A stretch of DNA of 64,000 nucleotides, taken from Candidatus Omnitrophota bacterium. Its GTDB lineage: Bacteria > Omnitrophota > Gorgyraeia > Zapsychrales > Zapsychraceae. The DNA lies in NCBI GenBank assembly GCA_015233495.1, contig JADFXQ010000001.1, positions 68,045-132,044 of the forward strand. The letters are read 5' to 3'. Every line of letters begins with the position of its first letter. Within the stretch, counting starts at the first letter, position 1. The notes under the pieces are model-generated. The model made no database searches and was not told where the DNA came from. It saw nothing but the letters and a program-made list of their open reading frames with translations. Positions 48,750 to 58,645 of this stretch are shown here, in pieces. The translations under genes and the position numbers were made by a program.

Positions 48750-48953
48750 ATTTCTTGTATTCGCCGCGTTTGCGCGAAAGCGTTTTGAAACGGATCAGCG
48801 GAATAATTACCGAGCGCGCCTCTGTTCGAGTGCCGCCGGGGGCTATCCCCCGGCGGTGCGAGTTAGGCGCGCCCGCTGAGCCGCTTCAAAACAGCGGCCC
48901 TCCCGCATTGCAGAGGCGGGAGTTGAAGCTCTCAGCGACGAATACAAGAAATC
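48750..48953 (-). ncRNA. candidate structured RNA: ~200-nt extended hairpin with asymmetric internal bubble (6S-RNA-like architecture) immediately downstream of clpB
   Basis: 15-bp perfect closing stem GATTTCTTGTATTCG/CGAATACAAGAAATC. Internal 19-bp stem cgttttgaaacggatcagcgg/ccgctgagccgcttcaaaacag. Apical GCCGCCGGGGG-ctat-CCCCCGGCGG. The 3' side of the bubble forms CTCCCGC-attgcaga-GGCGGGAG. Mismatches become G-U only in the minus sense. Confidence 0.3.
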
Positions 48954-48964
48954 CGCCGATCCGT

Positions 48965-51544
48965 TCACACAATTTCGATCACCAACCCATCGGCCTTTGC
49001 CTCCACCCGAACTACGCTCTTTTCCTTCACATCACCCTGCAACATCTTCAAGGCGATCGGGTCCTGTAATTCCCGCTGAATCACTCTCTTTAAAGGCCGC
49101 GCCCCATACACCGGATCATAACCCAGCCGGCCGATATAATCCAAGACCGCGTCGGTCACCTCCAACGCGATATATTTCTGCGCCAGCCTTTCGCGCAGCA
49201 CTCCGACCTGAATATCCACAATCTTTCGGATATCCTCCTTGCGCAGCCGGTTAAACACCACAATCTCATCCAGCCGATTCAAAAATTCCGGCCGAAAATG
49301 AGCTTTCAACGCCTCCTGAACGCGAGATCGAATCTCCTGCCGCTTCTCCAAACCGGCAATCAAATCCGAACCGACATTCGACGTCATAATAATGATCGTA
49401 TTCTTAAAATTCACCAACCGGCCCTGCCCATCGGTCAACCGGCCGTCATCGAGAATCTGCAAAAGCGCGTTAAAAACTTCCGGATGCGCTTTTTCAATCT
49501 CATCAAACAAAATCACCGCGTAAGGCCGGCGCCGCACGGCTTCCGTCAACTGCCCGCCTTCTTCATAACCCACATACCCCGGCGGCGCGCCGATCAACCG
49601 CGACACGCTGTGCTTTTCCATATACTCGCTCATGTCTAACCTGATCATGGCATTAACATCATCAAACAAAAACCAGGCCAAAGACCGCGCCAGCTCCGTC
49701 TTGCCCACACCCGTCGGTCCGACAAAAATAAACGAACCCATCGGCCGGTTGGGGTCATTCAATCCGGTCGCTGACCGGCGGATACAATTCGCGATCAAAT
49801 CCACCGCGTCATCCTGGCCGACCACCCGTTTCTTTAAACTCTCCTCGATATGCACCAGCTTCTGCGTATCGCTTTCCATCAATTTCGTGACCGGGATCTT
49901 CGTCCACTTGGCAACTACCTCGGCGATATCCTGGTCATCAACTTCTTCTTTCAACAAAGCGCCGCCTTTCTGCAATTCCAGCAACGCCGCGTTTTCTTTT
50001 TGTAAATCCTTATCGAGCTGGACGAGTACACCATAACGGATTTGCGCCACCTTATCGAGCATCCCCTGTTTTTCAAATTGCTGTTCCTCGGCCCGGGCGC
50101 GCTCAATATCCGTCTTGATCTTGCGAATCCGCTCGATCCGTCCCTTCTCATTCTGCCAGCGGCCGCGCAATTGTTTGTTTTCTTCCTTAAGTTCCGCTAA
50201 ATCCTGTTTCAATTTAGCCAAACGCTGACGAGATGCCTCATCCGTTTCCTTAGCCAAGGCCTGCGCCTCGATTTCCATTTGCCGGATCTTGCGTTCATTC
50301 ACGTCTAATTCCTGCGGCATACTGTCAATCTCAATCCGCAAACGCGACGCTGCCTCATCTATCAAATCAATCGCCTTGTCAGGTAAAAACCGGTCGGTAA
50401 TATAGCGTTGTGACATCACCGCCGCCGCGATCAAGGCCGGGTCCTGAATCCGCACGCCGTGATGAATTTCATATTTTTCCTTCAAACCCCGCAGAATCGC
50501 GATCGTGTCTTCCACCGTCGGCTCATTCACCAGAACGGGTTGAAACCGCCGCTCCAGGGCCGCGTCTTTTTCAATATATTTGCGATACTCATCCAAAGTC
50601 GTAGCGCCGACACAGCGCAGCAATCCCCGTGCCAAAGCGGGTTTCAGCATATTGGAAGCGTCAAGCGACCCTTCAGCCTTGCCCGCGCCGACAATCGTGT
50701 GCAGTTCATCAATAAACAATATGATCTCGCCGGCCCGCGATTCAATTTCCTTAAGCACCGCTTTCAACCGGTCTTCAAATTCTCCCCGGAACTTGGCCCC
50801 GGCCAAAAGACTGCCAATATCGAGGCTAATGACTTTTTTATCCTTTAAACCTTCCGGCACGTCGCCAGAGGCGATCCGCTGGGCCAGACCTTCAATGATC
50901 GCGGTTTTCCCCACGCCAGGCTCGCCGATCAATACCGGATTATTTTTGGTCCGGCGGGACAAAACCTGCACGACGCGGCGGATTTCCTCATCACGGCCAA
51001 TCACCGGATCGAGTTTTCCTTGATTCGCGGCCGCGGTCAGATCCCGGCCGTATTTGTCCAATGCCTGATATTTCGCTTCCGGATTATCGTCCACCACGCG
51101 CTGCTCGCCCCGAATCTCTTTTAAAAAACGTAAAATATCGTCTTCGCTAATCCCGTTTTTCCGCAACTCCCGGCTCAAAATAGATTGCTGATCACGGGAA
51201 ATGGCCAAAAAAATATGTTCCTGCGAAACATAATCATCTTTCATGCCGGCAGCGATTTTTTGGCTGTTTTCCAACACCTGATTCGCAGCCGGAGACAAAA
51301 ACGGTTGTCCCCCGCCGTCCACAGCCGGACGCTTGCGCAAATTGTCATCCAAAGAACTCAACAACCGATCCGCGGACAAGCCGAATTTCTGCAATAAAAC
51401 GCCGAACAGCCCCGCGTCTTCCTTAATATAGGCAAAGGTCAAATGGTCAACATCAATCTGCTGGTGCCCCATCTGCCCCGCCAAATCCATGGCCTTTTGC
51501 AACCCCTCCTGCGACTTTTGCGTAAGCTTATCAAATCGAATCAT
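48965..51544 (-). CDS. clpB: ATP-dependent chaperone ClpB
   Basis: Two AAA+ modules ([16 protein letters not shown]), a middle coiled-coil, 859 aa. Confidence 0.97.
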   Translation of the reverse strand: MIRFDKLTQKSQEGLQKAMDLAGQMGHQQIDVDHLTFAYIKEDAGLFGVLLQKFGLSADRLLSSLDDNLRKRPAVDGGGQPFLSPAANQVLENSQKIAAGMKDDYVSQEHIFLAISRDQQSILSRELRKNGISEDDILRFLKEIRGEQRVVDDNPEAKYQALDKYGRDLTAAANQGKLDPVIGRDEEIRRVVQVLSRRTKNNPVLIGEPGVGKTAIIEGLAQRIASGDVPEGLKDKKVISLDIGSLLAGAKFRGEFEDRLKAVLKEIESRAGEIILFIDELHTIVGAGKAEGSLDASNMLKPALARGLLRCVGATTLDEYRKYIEKDAALERRFQPVLVNEPTVEDTIAILRGLKEKYEIHHGVRIQDPALIAAAVMSQRYITDRFLPDKAIDLIDEAASRLRIEIDSMPQELDVNERKIRQMEIEAQALAKETDEASRQRLAKLKQDLAELKEENKQLRGRWQNEKGRIERIRKIKTDIERARAEEQQFEKQGMLDKVAQIRYGVLVQLDKDLQKENAALLELQKGGALLKEEVDDQDIAEVVAKWTKIPVTKLMESDTQKLVHIEESLKKRVVGQDDAVDLIANCIRRSATGLNDPNRPMGSFIFVGPTGVGKTELARSLAWFLFDDVNAMIRLDMSEYMEKHSVSRLIGAPPGYVGYEEGGQLTEAVRRRPYAVILFDEIEKAHPEVFNALLQILDDGRLTDGQGRLVNFKNTIIIMTSNVGSDLIAGLEKRQEIRSRVQEALKAHFRPEFLNRLDEIVVFNRLRKEDIRKIVDIQVGVLRERLAQKYIALEVTDAVLDYIGRLGYDPVYGARPLKRVIQRELQDPIALKMLQGDVKEKSVVRVEAKADGLVIEIV

Positions 51545-51563
51545 AGCGCCTCCTTCTCTTCGA

Positions 51564-51590
51564 TTAGCAGTCTATCATTGAGAGTGCTAA
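51564..51590. promoter_or_regulatory. CIRCE operator upstream of clpB
   Basis: TTAGCAGTC-tatcattga-GAGTGCTAA, 20 bp upstream of the clpB start, with a GGAGG SD between. Confidence 0.8.
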
Positions 51591-51644
51591 AAAGCAAGAA
51601 AAATTAATTGCCTGCTTTATCAACAAAAATTTTCTCCTAACAAT

Positions 51645-51680
51645 TTGACAATGCGCAGCAAATGTGTATATTAATACACA
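51645..51680 (+). promoter_or_regulatory. mazEF-like promoter with palindromic operator
   Basis: TTGACA (51645-50), a 16-nt spacer, then TGTGTATATT extended -10. The perfect palindrome TGTGTAT-atta-ATACACA (51663..51680) overlaps the -10. SD AGGAGG is 8 nt before ATG 51695. Confidence 0.55.
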
Positions 51681-51694
51681 AGGAGGTGTGTATT

Positions 51695-51916
51695 ATGGTG
51701 CGCATGAATATAACAATGCCGGATCGGATAGCTCAAAAACTATCTAACATAAACAATAAAAGCCGTTTTATCGCCGAAGCCGTCGAGGAAAAAATCGACA
51801 CCCAAGAAAAACAAATACTTTTTGCGGCTTTGTCTCAAGAATACAAACAAATGTCAATGCGGCAAAAAACATTCATCAAAGATTGGCAAAAAATTGAAAC
51901 CGAGGGCTGGGAATGA
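51695..51916 (+). CDS. ribbon-helix-helix (CopG/MazE-like) antitoxin
   Basis: 73 aa, MVRMNITMPDRIAQKL... RHH N-terminus. The stop overlaps the toxin ATG (ATGA). Confidence 0.55.
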   Translation: MVRMNITMPDRIAQKLSNINNKSRFIAEAVEEKIDTQEKQILFAALSQEYKQMSMRQKTFIKDWQKIETEGWE

Positions 51917-52260
51917 AAAATCCGCATCCCCAACGCGGAGAAATTTGGGTCGTTCAATTGGATCCCGCGATCGGCTCCGAAATCAAAAAAACCAGACCCG
52001 CCTTAATTATTTCAAACAACGCGCATAATCGTTTCATGGGCCATTTGACAGTTTTACCCATCAGCGACGCGGGTGAGAAAGTTTATTTAGTCGAGGTATT
52101 CCTCCCCGCCGGCATAGCAAACTTAACAAAAAATTCCAAAATCCGCTGTCATCAAATCCGAACCATTGACAAATCCCGTTTTATTAAACCGATAGGTTCC
52201 ATTCCACAAATGTATTGGGAATCTATTGAAAAAGCCCTGCGAATCCATTTAAATTTTTAG
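51913..52260 (+). CDS. MazF/PemK family endoribonuclease toxin
   Basis: GEIWVVQLDPAIGSEIKKTRPALIIS is the classic PemK/MazF N-terminus. 115 aa. Confidence 0.8.
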   Translation: MKNPHPQRGEIWVVQLDPAIGSEIKKTRPALIISNNAHNRFMGHLTVLPISDAGEKVYLVEVFLPAGIANLTKNSKIRCHQIRTIDKSRFIKPIGSIPQMYWESIEKALRIHLNF

Positions 52261-53555
52261 CCACCTGCCTCGCCCCGGCCTTCTGTCTTCTGCCCTCCAT
52301 ATACAGCAAATTTCCCGCACATTTGCGCCGGGACTGAAGCCCGGATGTTGATGTGGTCTTCGTAATAGGTGATGGACGTCACCTCGCCGTCATTATGGGC
52401 GAGACTCACCAGGTCCATCCGGTTGATCGGCACGTCGACGTTGATTTCCACGAACAGCGACATGAGCATGGTGCTGATCTCTTCCAAGAGACGCGGGATA
52501 TTCTCTCCGGACAACGCGGAAATCGCGATCGCGTTTTTAAACTGCTTGGCCGCGCCGTCCAAAAATGTCCGATCCGCCAGTTTATCGATTTTATTAAACA
52601 CCACGATCATCGGTTTCTGGTCCGCTGCCAATTGCTTCAGCACATCGACCACCGCCTCATAAAGCAAACCATACTGGGTATTGCTGACATCCACCACGTG
52701 CAAAAGCAAATCCGCGTCCTGCACTTCCTCAAGCGTCGCCTTAAACGATTCGATGAGGTTGTGCGGCAAATCGTGCATAAATCCGACTGTGTCAGAGATG
52801 ACCACCTTCTGATGATTCGGCAGAGCAAACTGCCGTGCCAAAGAGTCCAGCGTCGTAAACAGCCCGTCGTGAGTGATCTGTCCCGCGCCGGTCAGAGCGT
52901 TTAACAGCGTTGACTTCCCGGCATTGGTATACCCGACCAAAGAAATCAGCGGAACCTTGGCCTGGCGTTTCTTGCGCTTCACCGAACGATCCGCGGAAAT
53001 CTCTTTCAATTTATCCCGCAGCCGTGCGATCTTATCATCGATCTGCCGGCGGTCGACTTCCAATTTCGTTTCGCCGGGACCCACTGTGCCGATGCCGCCG
53101 CCCAACCGAGACATTTCCTTGCCGTGGCCGGTCAACCGCGGCATCAGATATTGCAGCTGCGCCAGTTCAACCTGCATCTTGCCTTCATTGCTCGTCGCGC
53201 GGCGGGCAAAAATATCTAAAATCAATTGCGTCCGGTCAATCACCCGGGTTTTCACGGCTTCCTCAATATTTCTCTGCTGACTGCCTTTCAAATCATAACT
53301 GAAAATCACGGTATCCACCGCGTGTAGAGAACAGCGCTGGGCAATCTCCTGGATCTTCCCCTCTCCGATCAAATACCGCGCCGTCGGCTCCACGTCCTTG
53401 CACAATACCGAATCCACTACTTCGCCCCCGCCGGAAATGACCAATTCCTTCATCTCCGCGAGATGCTCCTCCAGACTCCAGGTGGCCCGCTGGTTATGCA
53501 AATAAACCACGACAATCAAAACCTTTTCCTTCCCGCGCTGGGTCGAATGCGTCAT
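52257..53555 (-). CDS. hflX: GTPase HflX
   Basis: HflX N-domain, G-domain (GYTNAGKSTL, DTVGF, NKID), 432 aa. Confidence 0.85.
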   Translation of the reverse strand: MTHSTQRGKEKVLIVVVYLHNQRATWSLEEHLAEMKELVISGGGEVVDSVLCKDVEPTARYLIGEGKIQEIAQRCSLHAVDTVIFSYDLKGSQQRNIEEAVKTRVIDRTQLILDIFARRATSNEGKMQVELAQLQYLMPRLTGHGKEMSRLGGGIGTVGPGETKLEVDRRQIDDKIARLRDKLKEISADRSVKRKKRQAKVPLISLVGYTNAGKSTLLNALTGAGQITHDGLFTTLDSLARQFALPNHQKVVISDTVGFMHDLPHNLIESFKATLEEVQDADLLLHVVDVSNTQYGLLYEAVVDVLKQLAADQKPMIVVFNKIDKLADRTFLDGAAKQFKNAIAISALSGENIPRLLEEISTMLMSLFVEINVDVPINRMDLVSLAHNDGEVTSITYYEDHINIRASVPAQMCGKFAVYGGQKTEGRGEAGG

Positions 53556-53578
53556 GTAAGTCCTTTATGATCCTTAAA

Positions 53579-54469
53579 TTATTTCTTCAACAGCTTCTTA
53601 TTCTGCGGAATTGTAAGATAATTTTCCCGACTGACAACCAAGTCTCCGCTTTTTTGTTCCAATTCTTTTCTGGCATTGCCGGCCACACTTCCACCGTCAA
53701 TGGCTGCCTGCTTATTCGAATCAAAACCCTGGGAATTACGGCCGCGGGCGATTTTTGTCGTTGATGCTTCCCCAAGCATGGAGAAAATCAATTCCAAATC
53801 CGTCATATGATCCCGCAAATTCTGACGACTCAATCCCTTATATTTTTTATACTCGGAAGGGGTCATCCCAAATGCCGCTTTTGAAATTTCTGCAGTTAAA
53901 ATCGCGTAATTCTGCTGGTCTTTAATACCTCGTTTGTTCCATTCATCCGTCAATTCCTCCCTAATGGCAATACCGCGCACGCGTTTTTCAATCCACTCCT
54001 CCGAATATCCTTTTGCTTTATAAATCGCCCTTAAGCGTTTCATAGCCAGTTCGGGGTCTTCAATTTCCTGAACGCGCTCATAACCAACTTTAGCCAACCA
54101 GCGTTTAAATGGTTCTGCTTTGGGCGACGGTATCGTCTGAATAATACGAAATAAGCTTTCAGTATTAGCACAGTCTGTCAAATATTCCTTGCCGTCAGAT
54201 GCCATTAATTTCAGTTGTCCGATTTTTTCGGACACCTCAACATACCCTTCTTGAATCAATTTTTTCTTTAAATCGCTCCAATATTTCCTGGGTCTTGCTG
54301 TTTCAGTGAGCGCCTCCACAACATCAATAACCGAAAACCACCATTCATTCTGATGAATCGTTTTCCTAACCTGCTTTCCTTTAAAAACAGCAATTTTGGT
54401 TACACTGATTTCATTGCGCATCTCCGCCTCCCCCCATCCAAAACGATTCAAAAATATCAACCACAACAA
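53579..54469 (-). CDS. Bro-N domain protein, DNA-damage-inducible protein D (DinD)-like
   Basis: Bro-N-like N-terminus (VFKGKQVRKTIHQNEWWFSVIDVVEAL). The C-terminal region parallels E. coli DinD (...AILTAEISKAAFGMTPSEYKKYKGLSRQNLRDHMTDLEL...). Confidence 0.55.
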   Translation of the reverse strand: MLWLIFLNRFGWGEAEMRNEISVTKIAVFKGKQVRKTIHQNEWWFSVIDVVEALTETARPRKYWSDLKKKLIQEGYVEVSEKIGQLKLMASDGKEYLTDCANTESLFRIIQTIPSPKAEPFKRWLAKVGYERVQEIEDPELAMKRLRAIYKAKGYSEEWIEKRVRGIAIREELTDEWNKRGIKDQQNYAILTAEISKAAFGMTPSEYKKYKGLSRQNLRDHMTDLELIFSMLGEASTTKIARGRNSQGFDSNKQAAIDGGSVAGNARKELEQKSGDLVVSRENYLTIPQNKKLLKK

Positions 54470-54496
54470 GCTTAAAGATTATATCAGCTCATTTCC

Positions 54497-54579
54497 TCAT
54501 GCACAAAACAACATCTTATTATGCACAAATTGACATGACTTCATGCACAAAACAGCAAAAAATTACGCACAAGTTGACA
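54497..54579. repeat. four direct 17-mer repeats T(C/T)A(T/C)GCACAA(A/G)(A/T)(C/T)(A/G)(A/G)CA spaced 21-23 bp upstream of the dinD-like gene
   Basis: tcATGCACAAAACAACA, ttATGCACAAATTGACA, tcATGCACAAAACAGCA, ttACGCACAAGTTGACA at 54497, 54518, 54541 and 54563. Confidence 0.6.
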
Positions 54580-54641
54580 AATGTTGATTTTTCCGTCGGT
54601 GAGCATCTTTTGAAATAGACGATGAAATGGCCCCATTGATT

Positions 54642-57472
54642 TTATCTGGCCCGGACCGGATGACCTCCCACGGATCCTGCGCATAAAAACTCCGGCAAGG
54701 TTTGGGACAGCGGAAACACTCCGAGAACGTCTGGCGACAAACCCCGGAAATCGGCAACACCCGCTGGGTCAAACCGAAAGGTCCAAGACCCGCCGCGGGT
54801 CTCGACGCCTTCCTCGAGTAGATCAATTCCGCCGTTGGCTGGCTGCCGTCCTACGGGCGAAGCAGCAGGTTTTTCTGGAACGACCAACGGCAAATAAACC
54901 GTGAATTTTGAACCTTTTCCCAATTCTGAAACAGCTTCGATATTCCCATACATTTGATGCACAATCATGTAAACAGCTTCCAAGCCGAGCCCTGTTCCGG
55001 GAACATCTCCGACATTGCCGGCCCGAAACCCCCTGTAAAAAACTTTTTCGATTTCACCCGACGGTATACCAATGCCCGTGTCCTCAACTTCCAAAACCAT
55101 GCACGGCTTCTCTGACTGACCGGAGTATTTGAGCTGTTTTGAAGCTTTGGCGAGTCGAACTGTCACCCCCCCCGTGGTGTGTATTTGATCGCGTTTTGCA
55201 GAAGATTATCCACAACCACTTTCAGCCAATTAACGTCACAACGCGCCACAAACATATCCTCATCCGTTAATTCCACGCGAAAATCCAATCCTTTCGCAAC
55301 TGCCCGACTTCTCCCAGCCGCGACACTTGCGGCAATCAATGGCGTGACATTTCTCGTCTGAAAATCACTGCCTTGCTCTAATAAACCAATAAAAAGATCC
55401 GACGCGTCCATCACATAATTTTCCGACGCGTTATATTTTAAATACTGCTTTAATGATTCCATGGCCTGCGGCGATTGAGCATCTGCCGCGTGAATTAGCT
55501 CTAATAACCGGGGAATATGTCCATATATAAATGGATATATCCCCAAGGGAAATGCATCCACTCCGCCATTGTGCCTCAATGAAGTCATAAAATCACAAAA
55601 ATCGTTATAACCGTTTCTCTTTAATAAATCCCGAACACCAAACCAAGGGGCGTTTCCCTGCCCAATGAGATGATTGAGCCGCCCTGCGAATGCCGCTTTT
55701 TCCGCCTCGGTAATTTCGCCGTTGGTCTGAACCCCAGGCAAAGAGCGTCCGGCATAAATCTGAATATATCCGTCTTCCTTTTCCTGCCATTGTTTAAAAT
55801 CCGGAGACGCCATAACCCCGGAAAACATCCCGGATTCGCGCATCGCAACTTTCGCTTGAGTCCGCTTGCGTTCCTCGGCGTCCCGATCTAATCCGCCGAA
55901 TATTTCATTCTTATGAAGAACTAAAGATGTCAGTTCTTTTTCACTAAAACCAAAAGAATAATGAAAATCATAAGAAAAATCCCTGCCCCACCAAATCATC
56001 ACTTTGTCCACTTTAAAATCTCTGGCTGTTTCCCGCAAAAATGCGTCCATTCGTTGTCTGATCCGGGGTTCAACAATCCCGAATACTGCCGGCAATGCCC
56101 TAATCGCGTCAACGTGGATTTTGATTTCATCCCCGGCTTGACGAATTTGCGGATAAGCGTCCCGCTCAAAAGCCTGAATGCCTTGTTCTTGCAATACCTT
56201 TAATCCTTTAGCAAACGCGGCCTGCAGTCCGGGATATAATGCTCGCATCGCCTTCATATGCGCGGTCAATCTGTCCCTGGCTTCCTTAATTGTTAACCGC
56301 CGCGGTTCGGCGGAATACGTCGGACTGGAGGAAGCCGAATCAAAATTCAGCCGCACCGGAATTTCGCGGTACCGGCGCGTTGATCCGTTTTGCGGAATTT
56401 GGGCAGGAGAGGAAACCGTTTCAATCGCCGCTGACGCCAGAGCCACACCGCCGGAAAAATATTTCCGCGTCACGCTTTCTTCCGTGAGCGGGTCATAATC
56501 TTCCTTGGTCGTGTTATACACGCCTTGTTTGAAGGCCGCGATGTATCGGTTATACATTTTCTCTTTAATGGTTTTGTCCGCGAGGTCAATGCCGACAATC
56601 TTATTTTGGTCCGCGTAAGACCGGCCGAGGATGCTGTCTTTGAGTTTGCGTTTAAACCAAGAAGCCAAGATAAACGAATGGACCACCTGGCGCAGAGGGG
56701 CAAAATGAGCGCCTTCATTGACTTCTTTTTCCAAGGCCGGGATAACAACCTCGCGGGTGATTCGGGCGGCAATGTCGTCCATCGGGCAAGACGGCGCACG
56801 CGCGACAGCGGGTTTTGCCGCGCGCTGACCGATATAGTCTTGCTCCAACATGACTTTTAACCGGCTTTCAACAACATAGGCCGTGGCCTCGGTTTTTGTT
56901 CTTCCGCCCTCGTAAACCACTGCCTTGTCGAGAACAATCCAGACTTTATTCAATGTCTCGATCGGGATATCAGTCGTGCCATAACGCTGTCGCGCATAGC
57001 CGTAAACCTTTTCCCAGAATTCCTTGCCGACCGGGCTATCGGGATTGAGCAAAGACGCGGTGATTTGTTTGAGGATAAAATCCTGGCTTAAAAGATCGCG
57101 GCCCAGGTCCGTGACTGCCAGGCTGTCGGGGATGACCCGGTTTTTTTCATAAGGCGAGAGATTCACCCAAAGATCTTTTTCCGGAACGGTCAACGCGGCC
57201 AGAAAATATTTGACGAGTCGGCCGGATTCCGTTTTCAGTTTTTCCGGCAAGTAATCCGCGTTCCCGACATCCAAAATAAAATCCAATTTAAACGGATTAT
57301 CTGCGTAGACCTTGACGCCTTTCAACAAAGGCGGGCCGAATTCCAGGCTCAATGCCGGCCGGCTGACGGTCGCCGGCAGTTGCGCCAGTCCCTGACCCGC
57401 AACCGGATCAACCTGGGCGCTGATAAACGCCGATAAAATGAAAATGGCAACAATGCGTCGCGTCATAAACAA
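54642..57472 (-). pseudogene. large secreted sensor-like protein (paralog of 11142..13394) with C-terminal GHKL/histidine-kinase-type ATPase domain, split by frameshift in a G8 (plus-strand C8) homopolymer at 55166..55173
   Basis: ORFs 55163..57472 and 54642..55166 are in different frames. Inserting one G gives the continuous protein ...NLLQNAIKYTPRGGVTVRLAKASK...VEDTGIGIP...FYRGF...GTGLGL...GSKFTVYLPL (N, G1, F, G2 boxes). The N-terminal ~450 aa are homologous to 11142..13394. Confidence 0.55.
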
Positions 57473-57733
57473 AAAAAGTTTAAAAATAAGGATAAAAAAA
57501 GGACAGCCTGCCTGAGACTGCCCTTAAAATATATACTATTTATTTCAAAATGGCCAATTTTTGACTAAACATATATAATTTGATCAATGCCGACGAAGAT
57601 GTTAATATTTGACCGATGCGATCAAAAAAGGGGATGTCCTATGGCTAAGAAAATAGTGAAACTTTGGTTTGATAAAGAAGGCGATATTAAACGTGAGTAA
57701 ACTGTCCCATAAACCTATTCGAGTTTCGTTGAT

Positions 57734-58645
57734 TTAAAATTCACTGATCGTTTTAACGGCAACGGCTATCGGCTTATCTTTTCCCAACTCAATCCACTGC
57801 GCTCGTTTTTCTTTCCGAAACCAGGTGAGCTGGCGTTTGGCGAATTGGCGGGTGTGCATTTTCATGAGGATTTTGGCGGCCTCCAGGTCGTGTTCGCCGC
57901 GAAAGTAAGCTTGCAGTTCCGGGATGCCGATGAGCGAGCCGGCGGTGCGGCTTAATTTTATGCCGGCGAGAGATTTGATTTCTTCAAGCAAGCCGGCCGC
58001 GAACATCGCGTCCACGCGCTGATTGATCCTCTCATACAATTCTTCCCGGTCGAGGTTCAGGCAAAAAATATCAATCGGTTGTTTTCCCCACAACCCGCGC
58101 CGTTCTTTCTGCGCCTCGGTTGCCGGCCGGTCATGGGTCAGGCAAATCTCCAAGGCCCGAATCAGACGTCGGCGGTCATTCGGGTGGACTTTTGATGCAG
58201 CTTGCGGGTCTTGGCTTCGCAATTGTTCATATAAAAACGCTAGGCCTTTCTCATCCGCCAATAGGGATAACTCTTCCCGGCAACCGCCATCTTGACTCCG
58301 ATCTTCAAAAATCCCGTCTAACAAAATCTGCATATACATCCCGCTGCCGCCGGCCACGACCGGCACCCGGCCGCGGGACTGGATGTCGACGATCGCGGCG
58401 TTCGCCATGCGGTTGAACGCGGCCACATCATAATCTTCCGTCACGGAGAGAAACCCGACGAGATGGTGCGGAACGCGGCGCAAACCATCATCGGACGGCC
58501 GGTTGTTGGCGATGCGGATCTCGCGGTACACCTGCATCGAATCGCAGGAAACAATCTCCCCGCCAACCCGCTCGGCTACTGCCAAGGCGATTTCGGATTT
58601 CCCGACTGCCGTAGGCCCGACGATAAAAACAATCTTATTTATCAT
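57734..58645 (-). CDS. miaA: tRNA dimethylallyltransferase
   Basis: IVGPTAVGKS P-loop and full-length MiaA similarity. Confidence 0.9.
   Translation of the reverse strand: MINKIVFIVGPTAVGKSEIALAVAERVGGEIVSCDSMQVYREIRIANNRPSDDGLRRVPHHLVGFLSVTEDYDVAAFNRMANAAIVDIQSRGRVPVVAGGSGMYMQILLDGIFEDRSQDGGCREELSLLADEKGLAFLYEQLRSQDPQAASKVHPNDRRRLIRALEICLTHDRPATEAQKERRGLWGKQPIDIFCLNLDREELYERINQRVDAMFAAGLLEEIKSLAGIKLSRTAGSLIGIPELQAYFRGEHDLEAAKILMKMHTRQFAKRQLTWFRKEKRAQWIELGKDKPIAVAVKTISEF

Noticed and set aside
54563-54826. 87-aa minus-strand ORF at 54563..54826
   Set aside because: It overlaps the C-terminal part of the sensor-kinase reading frame and the direct-repeat array. It is Cys/Arg-rich with no motifs, so it is likely spurious.
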